A stretch of DNA of 63,833 nt, filler included, from Asterionella formosa (lineage: Eukaryota): the NCBI GenBank assembly GCA_002256025.1. It is 20 parts of 20 records of this genome, joined end to end, with 100 filler letters (N's around TTAATTAATTAA, not from the genome) between each part and the next. Parts side by side here need not be neighbours in the genome. Positions count along the whole stretch, not along the records: positions 12,820 to 15,920 come from NKIB01014479.1; positions 16,021 to 19,121 come from NKIB01014480.1; positions 19,222 to 22,321 come from NKIB01014481.1; positions 22,422 to 25,520 come from NKIB01014482.1; positions 25,621 to 28,715 come from NKIB01014483.1; 15 more parts are not named here. One strand, written 5' to 3'. A program made the translations under genes and the position numbers. Shown here piece after piece: positions 12,943 to 26,136 of this stretch; the stretch's first letter is position 1; each line of letters opens with the position of its first letter. The notes beneath the pieces are model-generated. The model worked only from the letters and a program-made list of their open reading frames with translations, searched no databases and was not told the DNA's origin.

Positions 12943-15310
12943 TTAAGAACAATACGTGAAACAGTGGCTACCACATTTGCAAATCAGTGGTGGGCAAACA
13001 TAAATGCTCTGTATTTTTGCAATATTACATGCTTCTGTTGGAACTGGCCCTGTAAAATTGTTATTTCCAAAAGATAATGTGGCTGTCAAGAAAGTGAAAT
13101 TTTAGAACAAATGGTCATAAAATGTAAGATTCAGATAAACAAAACTTACTCAATGAAGACATGAGACCAATTTCTGTGGGAATTGCACCAGTAAACATAT
13201 TGGAATGAATCTGAAAATTATTGAGACTGGTCAAATTGCCAATTTCTGCTGGAAGTACACCAGTCAATTGATTAACTTGTAGATACAATAACGTTAGATT
13301 TGTCAAGAATCCAATCTCTGTAGGAAGTGTTCCATTGAAATGGTTTGTGCTTGCTTGAAAATCTGCAATGCTTGTCAAATTGCCCATTTCTGTTGGAAGT
13401 GCACCAGTCAACTGATTCTCAAATAGATGCAATAATGTTAGACTTGTCAAGAATCCAATTTCTGAAGGAAGTGTTCCATTGAAATGGTTTAAGCTTGCAT
13501 CAAATAGAGCAACATTTTTCAAATTGCCAATTTCTGTCGGAAGTGCACCAGTCAACTGGTTTTCCCAAAGAACTAATAATGTTAGACCTGTCAAGAATCC
13601 AATCTCTGTAGGAACTGTGCCAAAGAGACGGTTGGAATTTGCTCTAAAATCAATGAGATTTGTCAAATAGCCAATTTCTGAAGGAAGTGGACCAGTCAAC
13701 TGGTTTTTCAGTACATACAATGTTGTTAGACCTCTCAGGTATCCAATCTCTGTAGGAAGTGTGCCAAAGAGACGGTTGGAATTTGCTCTAAAATCAATGA
13801 GATTTGTCAAATTGCCAACCCCTGTAGGAATAGAACCAGTGAAGTAATTATAGTTGATATACAATGCTGATAGTTTTGTCAACAATCCAATCTCTGTCGG
13901 AAGTGGTCCCTGTAATTCATTATTTTGTAGAGACAAGGCAACAACAAGGTTAGCCCATTGGCCAATTTCTGTTGGAAGTGTTCCTGTCAACTTGTTTTCA
14001 TACAATGACAATGTTGTGATGTTGGTCAACTGTCCAAGCTCCAATGGAATTGGGCCAGTAAGATTACAGATTTGTACAGACAAATCTGTAACACTTTTCA
14101 ATAGACCCAATTCACTTGGTAGTGATCCATTTATAAAATTTCTCGAAAAATCAATAGATTCTTTGTCGTAAAATCATATGACTCATTTCATTAGTGAGCA
14201 ATCTTCAATGATTTTTTAATCTCTTGCCAGTTATGTTAACTTACCTAAACTTGACAAGAGACCAATTTCCGGGGGAATAAACCCCATTAAGGTATTGTTA
14301 GTCAAATCTATCGAAATGACCTGGCTTCTATTTGCATCGCATTTCAATCCAAACCAATTACAATAATTGTCGATACTCAATAGCCACAATGAACCATTGT
14401 TGAACCACTGCTCTCCAGAGGTTGCATAATAAAGAGTCGCCAAGGCATAGATTTGGAGCAACTCAGTATCATTCATGATTTCTGATGTACCTTTCTCACT
14501 TTCCAACCAGACCATTGCCTGCTGTTGTGGCGTGCCATTAGTCAAAAGTGCAGTCCCATTATCAAACGAGTTATTAGACAAAAACAAAAACAATGGTGTA
14601 GAGGGAATTACAAATGTGGGAGCCAACGTTTGATTGTCCGGAACATATGATGTTGGAACCAATGTTGGATTATTCGGTTTGTTGTTCTGAGTAAGCACAA
14701 CTGCAAGTACAACAGCTACGATGGCAACAAGACTTGTGAAACCGCAAGATATCATGATGTTGATCATACTACGGTGACGTTGGGCCTTCGCTTCTGCCTC
14801 AGTGTCGATGGCCGTCACAGTGGCAGTCATAATAGTGGCAGGCATAAAGGTTTCAATTTCATCAACAGGAGTGGCATTCACTGTCTCCTGTTGGCCTTCC
14901 TCAGAGGAATGAATGGCAAGTGGTTGATGACCGATTCCATAGGACTCCTCTACATTCCATTCACTATTTGTAGCTTCAGCACTAGGACTTGCACGATCTC
15001 TCGCTCCTACCGCAATGGCTCCAGGCAGTGTTAGTGGAGGTGCTGGTTCTTCATGCTCCACCACCACCTTGGAAGAATCCTGGTACGAAAATTTAGACCC
15101 TCGCCCAGCCTTGTGGTCAACATGTCCCTTCTCATCAAACACTTCTCCATGTGAAGAGTCCGAGTCCCGTGCTCGTTCTTCCTCCTTTGCTTCGTCAGCA
15201 AAAGGCAAGCTGGCATCAATGCTCTTCTTTTTTGCAGTTAGATAAGGTTTGTGTGCACTTACGTGATCACCTGGGCTGCCTTTTTTGATATCCTTTTTAT
15301 CGTTCTTCAT
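12943..15310 (-). CDS. Single-pass membrane LRR receptor-like protein; 3 exons (15310-14245, 14160-13150, 13082-12943)
   Basis: N-terminal PGAIAVG motif, TM helix, PT linker, QIYALATLYYATSG..W..C.WFGLKC cap, many 24-aa LxxNxLxGxLPxEIG repeats and a Cys-rich end. Both GTAAG introns are phase 1 and keep the frame. Confidence 0.88.
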
Positions 15311-15451
15311 AATGCTGATTGAATATTGCGTTCAACGCTCAGAATAACCATAACAGTAAGGCAAGGTCATGTGAAGAATATTAATATAAAGCATTAATCA
15401 AAGCAGCGAAATATCGGATGCAATATTGCTCAGGTTCGGGAAATGAAGATA

Positions 15452-15541
15452 CCGTATACTTCATTGTCCTGGACCCCCCAATGTACACTGCCGTGACTGA
15501 ATTTGACTGATTTTACTTAAGGGGGGCCCAGGACAATGAAG
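15452..15541. mobile_element. ~90-bp MITE-like derivative of a TA|CCGTA-terminated (Tc1/mariner/pogo-type) element
   Basis: TA|CCGTATACTTCATTGTCCTGGACCCCC ... GGGGGGCCCAGGACAATGAAG, with the right TIR truncated. The same left terminus occurs at 57648. Confidence 0.72.
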
Positions 15542-15617
15542 AGATTTCCCTTATAATGGACCTAAGTAAATTTCTTTAGTTGTACAGGATAGCGCACATT
15601 TTTCTAAGATGTATTAA

Positions 15618-15920
15618 GGTTCCTGCATTTGAACCCCTAGCTCGAGGTAGGGTTAAAAAAATAATATTAAGTCAGAGTAGTCAAACATAGACTTCTTACG
15701 AGTAAAACGTAAATGTATATCGCTAAACGGAGCTTTCACCAATACACACCCTTTCCACATGCTTAAATACAGTCATTTATAAAAGTATGGGTATAGGTCA
15801 ACGCTATATATCGTCAGGATATAGGATCTGGCGAGAAACTGCAGAAAGGAACTTCGGTTTTTTAACTATGCTGAAAATAGTGGATTTTACCGGGCTAACT
15901 CGTTTATTTGGCCTAGTAAA
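15618..15920. mobile_element. One end of a second copy of the TTAA-flanked (Kolobok-like) element, cut by the contig end
   Basis: TTAA|GGTTCCTGCATTTGAACCC followed by ~300 bp matching the reverse complement of ~40865-41175. Confidence 0.85.
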
Positions 15921-16124
15921 NNNNNNNNNNNNNNNNNNNNNNNNNNNNNNNNNNNNNNNNNNNNTTAATTAATTAANNNNNNNNNNNNNNNNNNNNNNNN
16001 NNNNNNNNNNNNNNNNNNNNTAAGTACCAGTTTTATCCGTACTACTAGGGTACAATGGGACCTGTCTCCTCGTCAGCCGCACACCCCGGAACTCTATGTA
16101 GGGACTAAATTAAAGAACGACAGG

Positions 16125-16186
16125 TGGAGAATGCAGGAATCGAATCCACCACCTCATGAGGTGTGCTAACCACTAAGCCATTCCCC
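16125..16186 (-). pseudogene. tRNA-Ala-derived sequence lacking an anticodon loop (pseudogene or SINE head)
   Basis: Minus strand GGGGAAT-GGCTTAGTGGTTAG...GGATTCGATTCC..ATTCTCCA: 7-bp acceptor stem with G3:U70 and A/B-box-like motifs; only 62 nt long. Confidence 0.7.
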
Positions 16187-16799
16187 AGAACTTTAAGTAG
16201 AACACTCACAGCACTGTTTCATTGTTTGTTTCCCAACAACCCCATAGTATTGCACCTCATCTGCTGTTACCAGGTAGAAACCAGATGTACTACACCACGA
16301 CTTCTGCTACTGGTAATAGCCCAAACATATTGCACCTCTGCTCCTAACCCTAAGAACCTATGTTGTGAGTAGCCCAAAGTACTGAATATTAGGTGCAAGC
16401 ACTTAGCACATCTGCTGCAAGCACTGAAAAACAACACAGAAACACAACAATTCCTACTCACAACAGAATTTGACATGCATACTAGCTGCCATTTATTGAT
16501 GGTAGCTTTGTCTACAATGGAATGGGTACTGTCAAAACAATGCATGTTTTGACACAAGCAAGGCAGTAAAAGGACATAAGCTGAAAATGCAAAGTCATTT
16601 ATACATAGATAGACATGGTGGTCAAAACCCCGAGAAAATTACAATCTCTTGATGACAGGGCTAATAACATACAATATTGATTTTAAATAAGCAAATATGA
16701 AAAGTTGATATAATAGATATTATATCAATCAAAACTCTCCTTCCCGCCAACATTTCATAGTGGTTTTTCCATGTCCAGATCAATGAATTTCAAGAGCCA

Positions 16800-17700
16800 C
16801 CTTATTTGCTACAACTGACTGTAGTCGAAAGTGCAGTTTCAGGGGCAATTCGTGTTTACCACCTAGTACCATATCTCTGTAGATTAGGTTTTCGTATGCA
16901 ATCAGGTTTGGAATGTGATTCACCAAGATGAAGGCATGCTCTGGGCAAATAAATATACCCCAAAGTCAAGTCAACATTGTAAAGTGCAACAACAGCAATG
17001 GCATTTCTGTCAAGCTCATCATTGGCTTTGTGTTTCAGCTCAAATCCAATTTTCTTGCGACCCTTCGGGAGCAATTGAATGTTATCTTGAAAGTATCGCA
17101 GTCAGACCACACGGCTAGTGATGGTCACATGCAAGTCATCATCTGGTCTCTCAAAGCGTGCATTTAGGGAGCTCTTGTAGTATTGAGCTTGAAATCGCGA
17201 AGATCCTCCAAGTGATCCTTGAAAAAGTGAACTTCGCTTTCTTGAATCTCAAACATCTTTTCGACCAAGGAATAGTGCACTCTACTCTCAACACAAATCT
17301 CATTGTATTGTCGAGCCAACTGTGGAGAATTTTCAGACCAGCTATCGTCAACACTTGCCATAATGTCATGGATTGTGTCACTATTTGCTGAGCCCTCCTC
17401 CTTGATCGAGTGAACTCCTCGTTGATGCAATGACTTAACACCACAGACAGGAAGTTTCACTTGAACAACCCGACAAGGCCATTCCTGTCGTAGCAGAGCT
17501 CCTTTGACTGCAAAGTACATTGTGACTTGCGTGTTCAAGAGACGAAGAAAAGGAAATAAACTGAGTGTGACAGATAGCGCCATATTCGACGTGTTCCTGC
17601 AAGGAAAAGAAAGCGTGTTCATTTCGAGGAAATAGCAGCCCTTTGGATGGAACTTCGTCTTTTCGCAAGGCCCTAAAGACCATCTGATGATCGAAGAAAA
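16800..17700 (-). pseudogene. Decayed ORF with a C-terminal HIRAN-like segment
   Basis: FELKHKANDELDRNAIAVV...LTLGYI.LPR resembles HIRAN (N..D.NAI.V...GY.P). Fragmented frames; boundaries approximate. Confidence 0.4.
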
Positions 17701-19221
17701 AGTCTTGTTTGACTGAAAATCCATGTTTCTCCATGATACACTGTGATACAAATTAGTGATACATTTTCAAGTTTGTAATTTGTTGGAATGAACGAAATTC
17801 AGTTCAAATCGAGTTACCATTGCTGATAAATTTTCAAAAAATTTCAAATTTAGTGATACACAGCCAATTAAAAATGATAAGAAAGGCCCTAAACCTCAGT
17901 GTATATCTTTAAATATCTGAATTAATTTATCAACACGTTCACAACAGTGATCATCCGACCACGGGCAAACTCGAAGCATTCTTACAGCGACATTCCTCAC
18001 CCCCAGCATGACCGGGACTGCATGTAGTCGCTCATTGCACCCGGCCGAATAATCATGTGTACATATCCGTTACTTAGTACTCTTGGTACCAGGTAGCGAG
18101 GTTGATCACGATGGTGTATCGCTCAATAAAACGCCAGATATCATATGATACCGTCGGTTTAGCCAGGTTTTACACCACGAGTTTAGGCCCAAAATCATCC
18201 TGCAAATTTTCCGGGAAGCCATTGTACTGTTTCCTATCATAATGAACGCTAGCTATAGCTACATTATTGATAAATGTGAAAATTAAAGATTTACACTGTT
18301 CATTTCCTTGCTATATTGTATTGCTATTGAGCTCCATTCATCAGACCTTGGTTTCCTGTAGACCCTGTACTATCTAGTGGAGGGAAGAAATAAGTATGAC
18401 CAATCAGCAAAAGAACCTAAGGAGAGTGAACTAATGGGACTAGAACCAGGAAGCATAACGACCGTAATCCGAGTGAGTTCCATTCCTACACCTACTTCCT
18501 GCAGCCAACAACACCAGACAACAAGAAGGAAGAATATTTGACATGATGATGCATGGTGCGTCAGTAAGGGATGATGATAAGAAGATCATGATAATCAACA
18601 GGACAAGGATGGGTGTTGATGCAACTGCATGGAGGATGTGATGCTAAGGGCAGAAAAGTGGAACAAATATGAGTGGTGGTACTGAGTAACATGCAGGTGG
18701 GACCAAATATTATTGGTAGTCCTAATTGGGACAGTCAGAAATGAAAAATGATGAAGTTTCTGATTCAATATCAAAGGGCTGATTTTGTTTTTATCAGCCA
18801 AACAAGATTCAAAACTCGATTAGCTGACAAAAATATTTGCTCTTTGTCTATTTCACTTTCATGAGAAGAAGATGCACTGATACTTCATTCCATTATCATG
18901 ATTTTCTCATCATGTTTTCATGGTGTGCCTGAGATCATTTATCACCAGCTTCTAAACTTTAACAATTCTTGTTTCACGGATTTTGCAAATGGCTGATTAA
19001 GGTAGAAAAATTAAGCGATCTTGCTAAATAGCAAGTCAAATTTAATTCCACTTGTGCCATAGTAGCCAAGACGCAAAAGTTACTGATTATTGCACCACTT
19101 CAGACTTGTATATGGCAGACANNNNNNNNNNNNNNNNNNNNNNNNNNNNNNNNNNNNNNNNNNNNTTAATTAATTAANNNNNNNNNNNNNNNNNNNNNNN
19201 NNNNNNNNNNNNNNNNNNNNN

Positions 19222-19436
19222 AACTCTTGCTTGTGACCATACTCCGGAAAAACATGCCCTTCCCAACCAGAAGGATTCCAACCACAAAAATAAAGAGTTC
19301 TCTTGCCTTCAACCTGCTTCTCCTTCTTGGTTTCAGTGTACTTCCAAATGCGAAACCAAACCAGCTTTTGAACAACGCATGTCAGTGCGAGCAGAGTACA
19401 GCAAACAATCTGAACCGTAAGTCGATGACTCATCAT
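19222..19436 (-). CDS. 5' end of a gene with an N-terminal signal-anchor, truncated by the contig end
   Basis: ATG, hydrophobic segment, and a frame open to the contig edge. Confidence 0.4.
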
Positions 19437-19742
19437 GACATGTATACTGGTGTCTGTTGAAATATATGGCGACTCTCCCAGCGCGCTCCAGTAATGCCCT
19501 GGAATGACCGGTCAAGATCTTTCTCGCGCCGCTCGTTTGCGTGTTATTCTGCTACCAGGTACTGTATCACGTGCAACATGTTGTGCTTTCAAATTAGCTA
19601 GATGCGAAAAACTAAAAGGGCAATTAATTTTGATGTCAAAAAGAATTCTTCTTTCTTCGCATTGTTTAAAGCTAAATTAATTTCGTTTCGTCGCTGCAAT
19701 CAAGAGAAAGGAAATGAGGGGTCGATCGAAAAGAACGATTTC

Positions 19743-19843
19743 TTTCATTTGTCAGCTAATCTTGGCCACATTCTAGACTTAAGCTAATACATATACGGCG
19801 AGCTTAAGTCTGAAATGTGGCCAAAATTGGCTGAAAGATGAAA
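19743..19843. repeat. Inverted repeat, 43-bp arms and 15-nt loop
   Basis: TTTCATTTGTCAGCTAATCTTGGCCACATTCTAGACTTAAGCT / AGCTTAAGTCTGAAATGTGGCCAAAATTGGCTGAAAGATGAAA. Confidence 0.88.
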
Positions 19844-20559
19844 AAGTTGAAAATCGCGAAGTAACAAAAATTATTTTTTTCGGAGTTTTAGCGCTGGTAT
19901 GTTTTGTGGTAGAAAGATCATGTAGAAGTAGTTTCTTCACGATGAAGCTAGACAAAACTACTCATATATATGCAAAGGATTGTCAAAACGATGCGCTTGA
20001 TTCAAGCGACAATTATTCTACTGCTAACTGGGATGTTTTGCTCCGCTTTTCCACAGTGCTCTTGACCTCGAAGTACACTAACATCGTGCCGTGAGTGCTA
20101 CCATTTTACAGAAAAAATCGAAGAGTTGTCTGTATTTGAATGCAGCCAGTGGAAACGACAATCAACAGGTTGAAACAAACACCTCAGCACTCACTTCATC
20201 CAACAACCAACAAGTACCGCAATGGAAATGTACAGCATATGCCTTCCTATATTTAGCAACATTAGTATTGCTCTCTTCAGCATTCAGCTCCTCACCTTTC
20301 ATTACCCTTGTTCATTACCACCAACTCAAACAGTTTGTCATGCACAATTTGTACATTAATGGCTAGGTAATTTTTAAACTTTAATGAGTCCCTCGTCCGG
20401 ATTATTGATTCTTCCGGTAGCTTTATGTAGTTGACAACATACACAAAGCATTGTCGGTATGCCTTATTTTACTTTAACAATACATAAAGATCCTCGAAGA
20501 TTGCCAGTCAATCGCTTGAGAGTGCTCACTGCAAATCGCAATCGAAACCCTTCCTTACG

Positions 20560-21200
20560 AACACCTCGTTGTTCAAGCAGCTCATTGTCGCGCCACACCA
20601 TCTTTTTTGACATTCCATTAAGCTCGAACGTATTCATTGTTTGTCAAGACGCTGCAAACTACGTTGTCGTGTTCTCCTAAAGAGTACCCATTCATGAGCA
20701 CAATCCAGATATCGACTCTCACAGTCCAGTCCATGGACTGAATGAAGTCCAGAGCATCACCTTGAACACGAATGATCATCACATCCACATGGGTGATACC
20801 ATACTTGGATAACTACACTGTCCATTTTTAAAGACTAGGAACTTGTTTGCTGTGTGGACGAACCAACTGCAAGAACCACGTGAAGTTCCGACGGAACTTC
20901 GACCGACCCTCCCACAAAATGAAATTTCCCTTTGTCAAACAGCATACGATCAGCGTCACAAAATGCACCATTCACTTCTTTTTTGCATTGGGTCTATTGA
21001 CCTTGAGATCTTTATATAGATCTGGATTGGATTCAATCAACACTTCTGGTTTCCACTTTTTACACCATCCTCGGAATATGTACAAATCGAAAAGCGATTG
21101 CCATCGCCGACTCCAACTTCCACGATAACAAAACAATAATTGATCAGGTTGGGTGTAAAACAATTCATAGATGGATTTATGGGATTGAATGCATCCCTCT
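20560..21200 (-). pseudogene. FkbM-like methyltransferase pseudogene
   Basis: W..VLIESNPDLYKDLKVNRP and, in another frame, VDVMIIRVQGDALDFIQSMDWTVRVDIWIV; stops and frameshifts; boundaries approximate. Confidence 0.5.
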
Positions 21201-22966
21201 CATCAAGTACGCACTGCTGTGGATCACATCCTTCAAGAAACTGCTTGTTGTGAGTGATGACTGGTGGTGATGACGTGGGTGGCCCTGTAAGAGCATGGGC
21301 CTGACTCCACCAAATATTGGCTGCCCAGTTACTCTAAATCGAGTCGGGGACTGTGTCACTTGGTTTCTGAGTTTTATTCTATAATGGGTATTTTGGTGGC
21401 GTTGCGAGTTGGTTTTTTCCTTGTTGTAGCAACAAGTTGTCGAAGCCCTTTGTTTGTCCTTTTCTAGTTGGTGACACAAAATGTCAATGGTTGTCCGGAG
21501 GTGGGTTGTTGTGGGGGCGTTGGTATATTCTTGTTTCTAGTTGGAGATCGCAGAGTGACGGGTCGTTGTGGTTGGTGGCTTTTGTTATGGACAAGCAGTT
21601 GGCTGAGAGCTGGTGGTACCAACTTCCAGAGGTCTGAAGTAGGGTGTTCTGGCTCTTCTTCTTCTTCTTGGTGTCTTCTATGAATGAATCCGATGAGGGC
21701 ACAGCAGTGACACAATAAACAAGAGCATGGTTGAGAGAAACAGCATGAACAAACAATAAAACAACAAAACCTTCACCAATTTGGACTACTTTATCGTTTT
21801 GCATGAAAGGACACAAACCGCCTGTAGTTGATTGTTTCCTTTCCAATCACTCAGCATGATGGATTTGAATGTGAAGTCTCAAAAGGGAGACTGAAATCAG
21901 TTCATCGCATTATTGGCCCATCAAATGAACAGGTCGTATTGTACATATATAAAATATAAGGAAGATCAAAAGCCCCACAAATGATCACGACATATGTACC
22001 GGTATGCAAGTACATAGAAAATATTCATATATTCCATTATGAATATAGTGGTATGTAGACCGAATTTATTAAAAATATTTATGTACATTTATATATTCAT
22101 GGCTGAGGATGATAAAGTCGACCACTTACGGCTACAAACTAAATTATTTTTATTATCAAAACGAAAAAGCATTGCAATCACCATTCATAGTATCAGTGTT
22201 GGCATCCAGACCATTGACTCCTCTGTTCTTCCTGATCTGCCTGTTTCATAATAATAGTGTTTCTCATTTCGTACACTCGGCCAAATAATATCCATCATGG
22301 ACTTGGGATTTGGCGATGCCANNNNNNNNNNNNNNNNNNNNNNNNNNNNNNNNNNNNNNNNNNNNTTAATTAATTAANNNNNNNNNNNNNNNNNNNNNNN
22401 NNNNNNNNNNNNNNNNNNNNNTTTTGTTGAAATGATTGATCATCAACATCATCATAGGAAGTACTGGTATGATGACGATGTGTTTTGGTGATGGGCGCTG
22501 CAAACACGGAATCTTATTTTGTCATGGCGGACAGCACTACCGGTACTTGCTTGTATACATATTTGTATATAACAATGATTTTTCTGCTTTCAGTTTATGC
22601 GCATCATTCATGGTTTTTATGTTTATTCCGGTACGAGGTAACCAGGTAGCTGTGTTAATAAGGCGACGAGAACTCGTTTCGAAGTTTTGCCTGTACCGGT
22701 TATTAGTGAAGTAGAATATCTGTTTTGGCTTTACTGCCAGCGGCAGTCTGCTAGTTAGCATCAACAACAATGCCGGTACCGTAGTATTTAAAAGAGACAA
22801 ACATATACTAAGCATATATAGTAGCTACTGTATATAGCCAATACAAATAACAATCAACGACACTATAAAATGAATTCAGTAATTATGCCGTCCTGTGCTA
22901 TACAATAACACTGCAGTGGGTTCCCTATACTCGGACACACATCCCTTTGACATTCATTGTCCGGGC

Positions 22967-24373
22967 TCAGAACTTGTCCACCAAATGAGGTGCTGACTCC
23001 TTCAATTCTCGTACTATTAAAGGGTCTTGTTCCACACCAGCCTGGCGACACAACTTGTACACCAATTGAACCTCATTATCGTGACCTAATCCTGCAGCTG
23101 CCCGGAAGAAATAGAAGAATGTTTGTACTGTAGGAGTTGTTTTGCGACAAGCTCGTTGGACCATTTCCAAAGCAATCTTGAACGCTGCCTCACGTGTTTC
23201 CAAATCATAATTATTTGAGAATGCGCATGACAAAATAACGAAATCGTAGGATGAAATATTTGGTAGGAGGAACCGTTCATCCATTTCGGTAATAACTTTC
23301 CTAGTAACCACAGATCTGTCCTTTGTTTTCCGTTTAGCAAGAAGATTCAAGAGAGAGTTGTACATGATTACATTTGGCCTACACCCATGTAAGAGGCCAA
23401 CACTTTCCAAGCGTGTCATTTCATTCAAAACAGCCCGTACCCTTTCTGCAGCTTTGGGATCCTTGCTCATTGAAATCGCATGAATAACAGCAGTGAAAAC
23501 GACAATATCAGGTTTGCAGGTTTTCTCGCCATTCTCGTACAGTTGAATCATTTCGCTCAAGTAATCCTCCGCCTTTGTCACTGCTTGAGGATCTCGACTG
23601 CTAGTCCAAGCCGATATCAGTGAAATGAATGATTGTGTGTTTGGCTGTACATCTAACGATTTCATTTGAGCAAATATTGCCTCTGCAATCATTGCAGATT
23701 CTCGATTTCGACATTTCGCAAATGCATTAATGACAATATTAAAGGTAAGAGTCGTTGGCATCAAATCCTCGTCTCCAGCAATGACATGATGCAGCATACC
23801 ATCCAAAATTTCTTTGGCTCGACCAGCCGCTTTTCTAGTTTTCGTTTTGGCAACGCAGTAAAGTGCTGTGGTGTAAGTGAGAATGTCTGGCGCTACATTG
23901 GGAAACCCCGAACTGTCCATGTCGAGCATAGTTTGTAAGATTGCTTCCGCACGTTCTGCAGCGACTGGATCCTTTGATTTGGCCCATGCGCGCAAGACCA
24001 AATTATAGGAATCAACATTAGGCAATAAGTTCACGTCCTCCTTTTGTCTCGCCATGGTCCGCATCGTCTCGAGGAGGTCCTCGGCTCTCTCCGGTGGCTC
24101 GTCACGTTTTATCCAAGTATCAATGAGTGTATTGCATTGGATTCGATCTGTAACAACAACAGCATCTGATTCGACGCTTATTTTCGAAGGCACTTGTTGT
24201 TGTTGTTGTTGTTGTTTCCGGTCGTTGTTGCGAGCGGCAGAATTGGATGTAGCAAGCCATCGCCTCGTTGGACGCAAAGTGGTGGGCTCAAGCGACACTA
24301 AGCACTGCCGATGAACGCGCAAGCACTCTGCTCGCACTAGACGCGTTGTTGGGAGTATCATTCGCCGAATCAT
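22967..24373 (-). CDS. Pentatricopeptide repeat (PPR) protein, probably mitochondrion-targeted
   Basis: Repeated PN/PD..S/TYN.V..AWAK PPR motifs; Arg-rich N-terminus with almost no acidic residues; intronless ORF. Confidence 0.92.
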   Translation of the reverse strand: MIRRMILPTTRLVRAECLRVHRQCLVSLEPTTLRPTRRWLATSNSAARNNDRKQQQQQQQVPSKISVESDAVVVTDRIQCNTLIDTWIKRDEPPERAEDLLETMRTMARQKEDVNLLPNVDSYNLVLRAWAKSKDPVAAERAEAILQTMLDMDSSGFPNVAPDILTYTTALYCVAKTKTRKAAGRAKEILDGMLHHVIAGDEDLMPTTLTFNIVINAFAKCRNRESAMIAEAIFAQMKSLDVQPNTQSFISLISAWTSSRDPQAVTKAEDYLSEMIQLYENGEKTCKPDIVVFTAVIHAISMSKDPKAAERVRAVLNEMTRLESVGLLHGCRPNVIMYNSLLNLLAKRKTKDRSVVTRKVITEMDERFLLPNISSYDFVILSCAFSNNYDLETREAAFKIALEMVQRACRKTTPTVQTFFYFFRAAAGLGHDNEVQLVYKLCRQAGVEQDPLIVRELKESAPHLVDKF

Positions 24374-26136
24374 TGCCAGTATTAGTCTCAAGAAGGAGGA
24401 CGAGGATAACTCAACCTTTCTCTGAAATGGAAATAAATTTCTAAAACAAAAATATAGTTATCGAACTTGATATTTATTTAGTATTCATTCTTTTATGATA
24501 TATATGTAAATACATAATGATACTCCTGCCTTTAGGAAAAGTAAGTTATCAGTTACTGTATCCCTGTCCATTGATTTCTAGCTACCAGTGATACACCACC
24601 ACCTGCACTCGATAAGCACTTTTGTATGTACGGTACCTGGTACGGTACCTAGAACGCAATGTGTACCTTGGTCCTGACGTGTATTTTTGACATACCGTAT
24701 ACCGATAATTCCTTGTCAGCTACCGGTATGTAGCTTGCTACTAACGGTATATACGATACCAGGTACCGGGAATAATCCTCAACAAGCAAGGCATTGCTAC
24801 GTAGCTTTCGAACAAGATCTATCGCTCCATCACATTTCGCTCATATGTCGCTAAATATATACCGGTATATTCATATGTCTTTTCTAATAAAAACATGCAT
24901 TGATTTATTATAAACCCGGTACGTTTATAATAATACAGTACCGATAGTACTAATTGTCCTTCAGCAAAAATGGTGAATGTACGTACAGCTATGAGCTATG
25001 CTACCAGTCAAAAACTGCTTAAGACCACTACTATATTACCCCGGTTTTGGACTAAAATTAGAAAAATGTTCAGCCGACCCCATTTAAAACCCTTTGAATA
25101 TAGGTAAATTAATGCATGCAAGTACTAGATAAATGAATCATTTTAACAATTGGATGGATATATCTTGCGATATCTAACTTTTTAAGTCGTTCATTTTGCA
25201 TTTTAGTGGTCTTAAGCCATTCATATATTTTTCTGCATGTATATATACTTTTTAATGGTAAACGGTTAGGAAATATTACCTCGTTTTCCATATTTTCTCC
25301 AATTTCTTGTGTCAAATGACGTCGATTTTTTATGCAGAACACACAAATCACTCTTCTTTCACCACGACTTCATTCTCGTTGTCCCCTTCAGCTGAGGCTG
25401 CTGGTGGCGGTATAGCTCCGGCAACTGAGACTGGTTCATCGCCACGTCCCAATGTATCAATGTATCTGGTAAGTAAGCATTAGATGTTTTGTTGCAGGTA
25501 ATGGCGCATCGCCAACTTGTNNNNNNNNNNNNNNNNNNNNNNNNNNNNNNNNNNNNNNNNNNNNTTAATTAATTAANNNNNNNNNNNNNNNNNNNNNNNN
25601 NNNNNNNNNNNNNNNNNNNNAGTTTATTATCCGATGGGTCATTCGTTTTTACTGCAGCCGATTTAGGACCTACCGGTATGCATTGGTCATTTGGAATTAC
25701 CCAATTATTAGTTCTGTTCTAGTTGTTATACGAGAGGCAAGAAAATGTCCTTTGTAAGTTCCTGTCCTTTCCATTGATTTTAGTAGGTTGTTTGAAAAGA
25801 GGATGTCGTGCGTCGTCTATACTTAAAGGAATTCACATGTCTCTCCTAATCGTGACAAATTTGTTCTCGACAATCCTCTGCTTTTTCGGATCATCTCGTC
25901 TTCGTATTTTTTGTATTTTACGGAACCGGTGGTACCAGATAAACCACACCAGGTTGGTGGCATTCCTGAACACGACGCAAATGTGTTCAAACGTACTACC
26001 GGTACACATTTACCGAAAAGGTTCACGTCATCCAATTGCATCTCAATCCACATGCACATCATAAACAGGACATCAAACGAATCCAACGAAACATCCTTTC
26101 AAGACGGCAAAATAAAACCCCAGCGTTGCAACGACC

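Noticed and set aside
16125..16186. Functional tRNA gene
   Set aside because: No anticodon loop and a disrupted T-stem.
17884..18190. Weak inverted ends GGCCCTAAAC / GTTTAGGCCC
   Set aside because: Short and imperfect, with no TSD and no second copy in the window.
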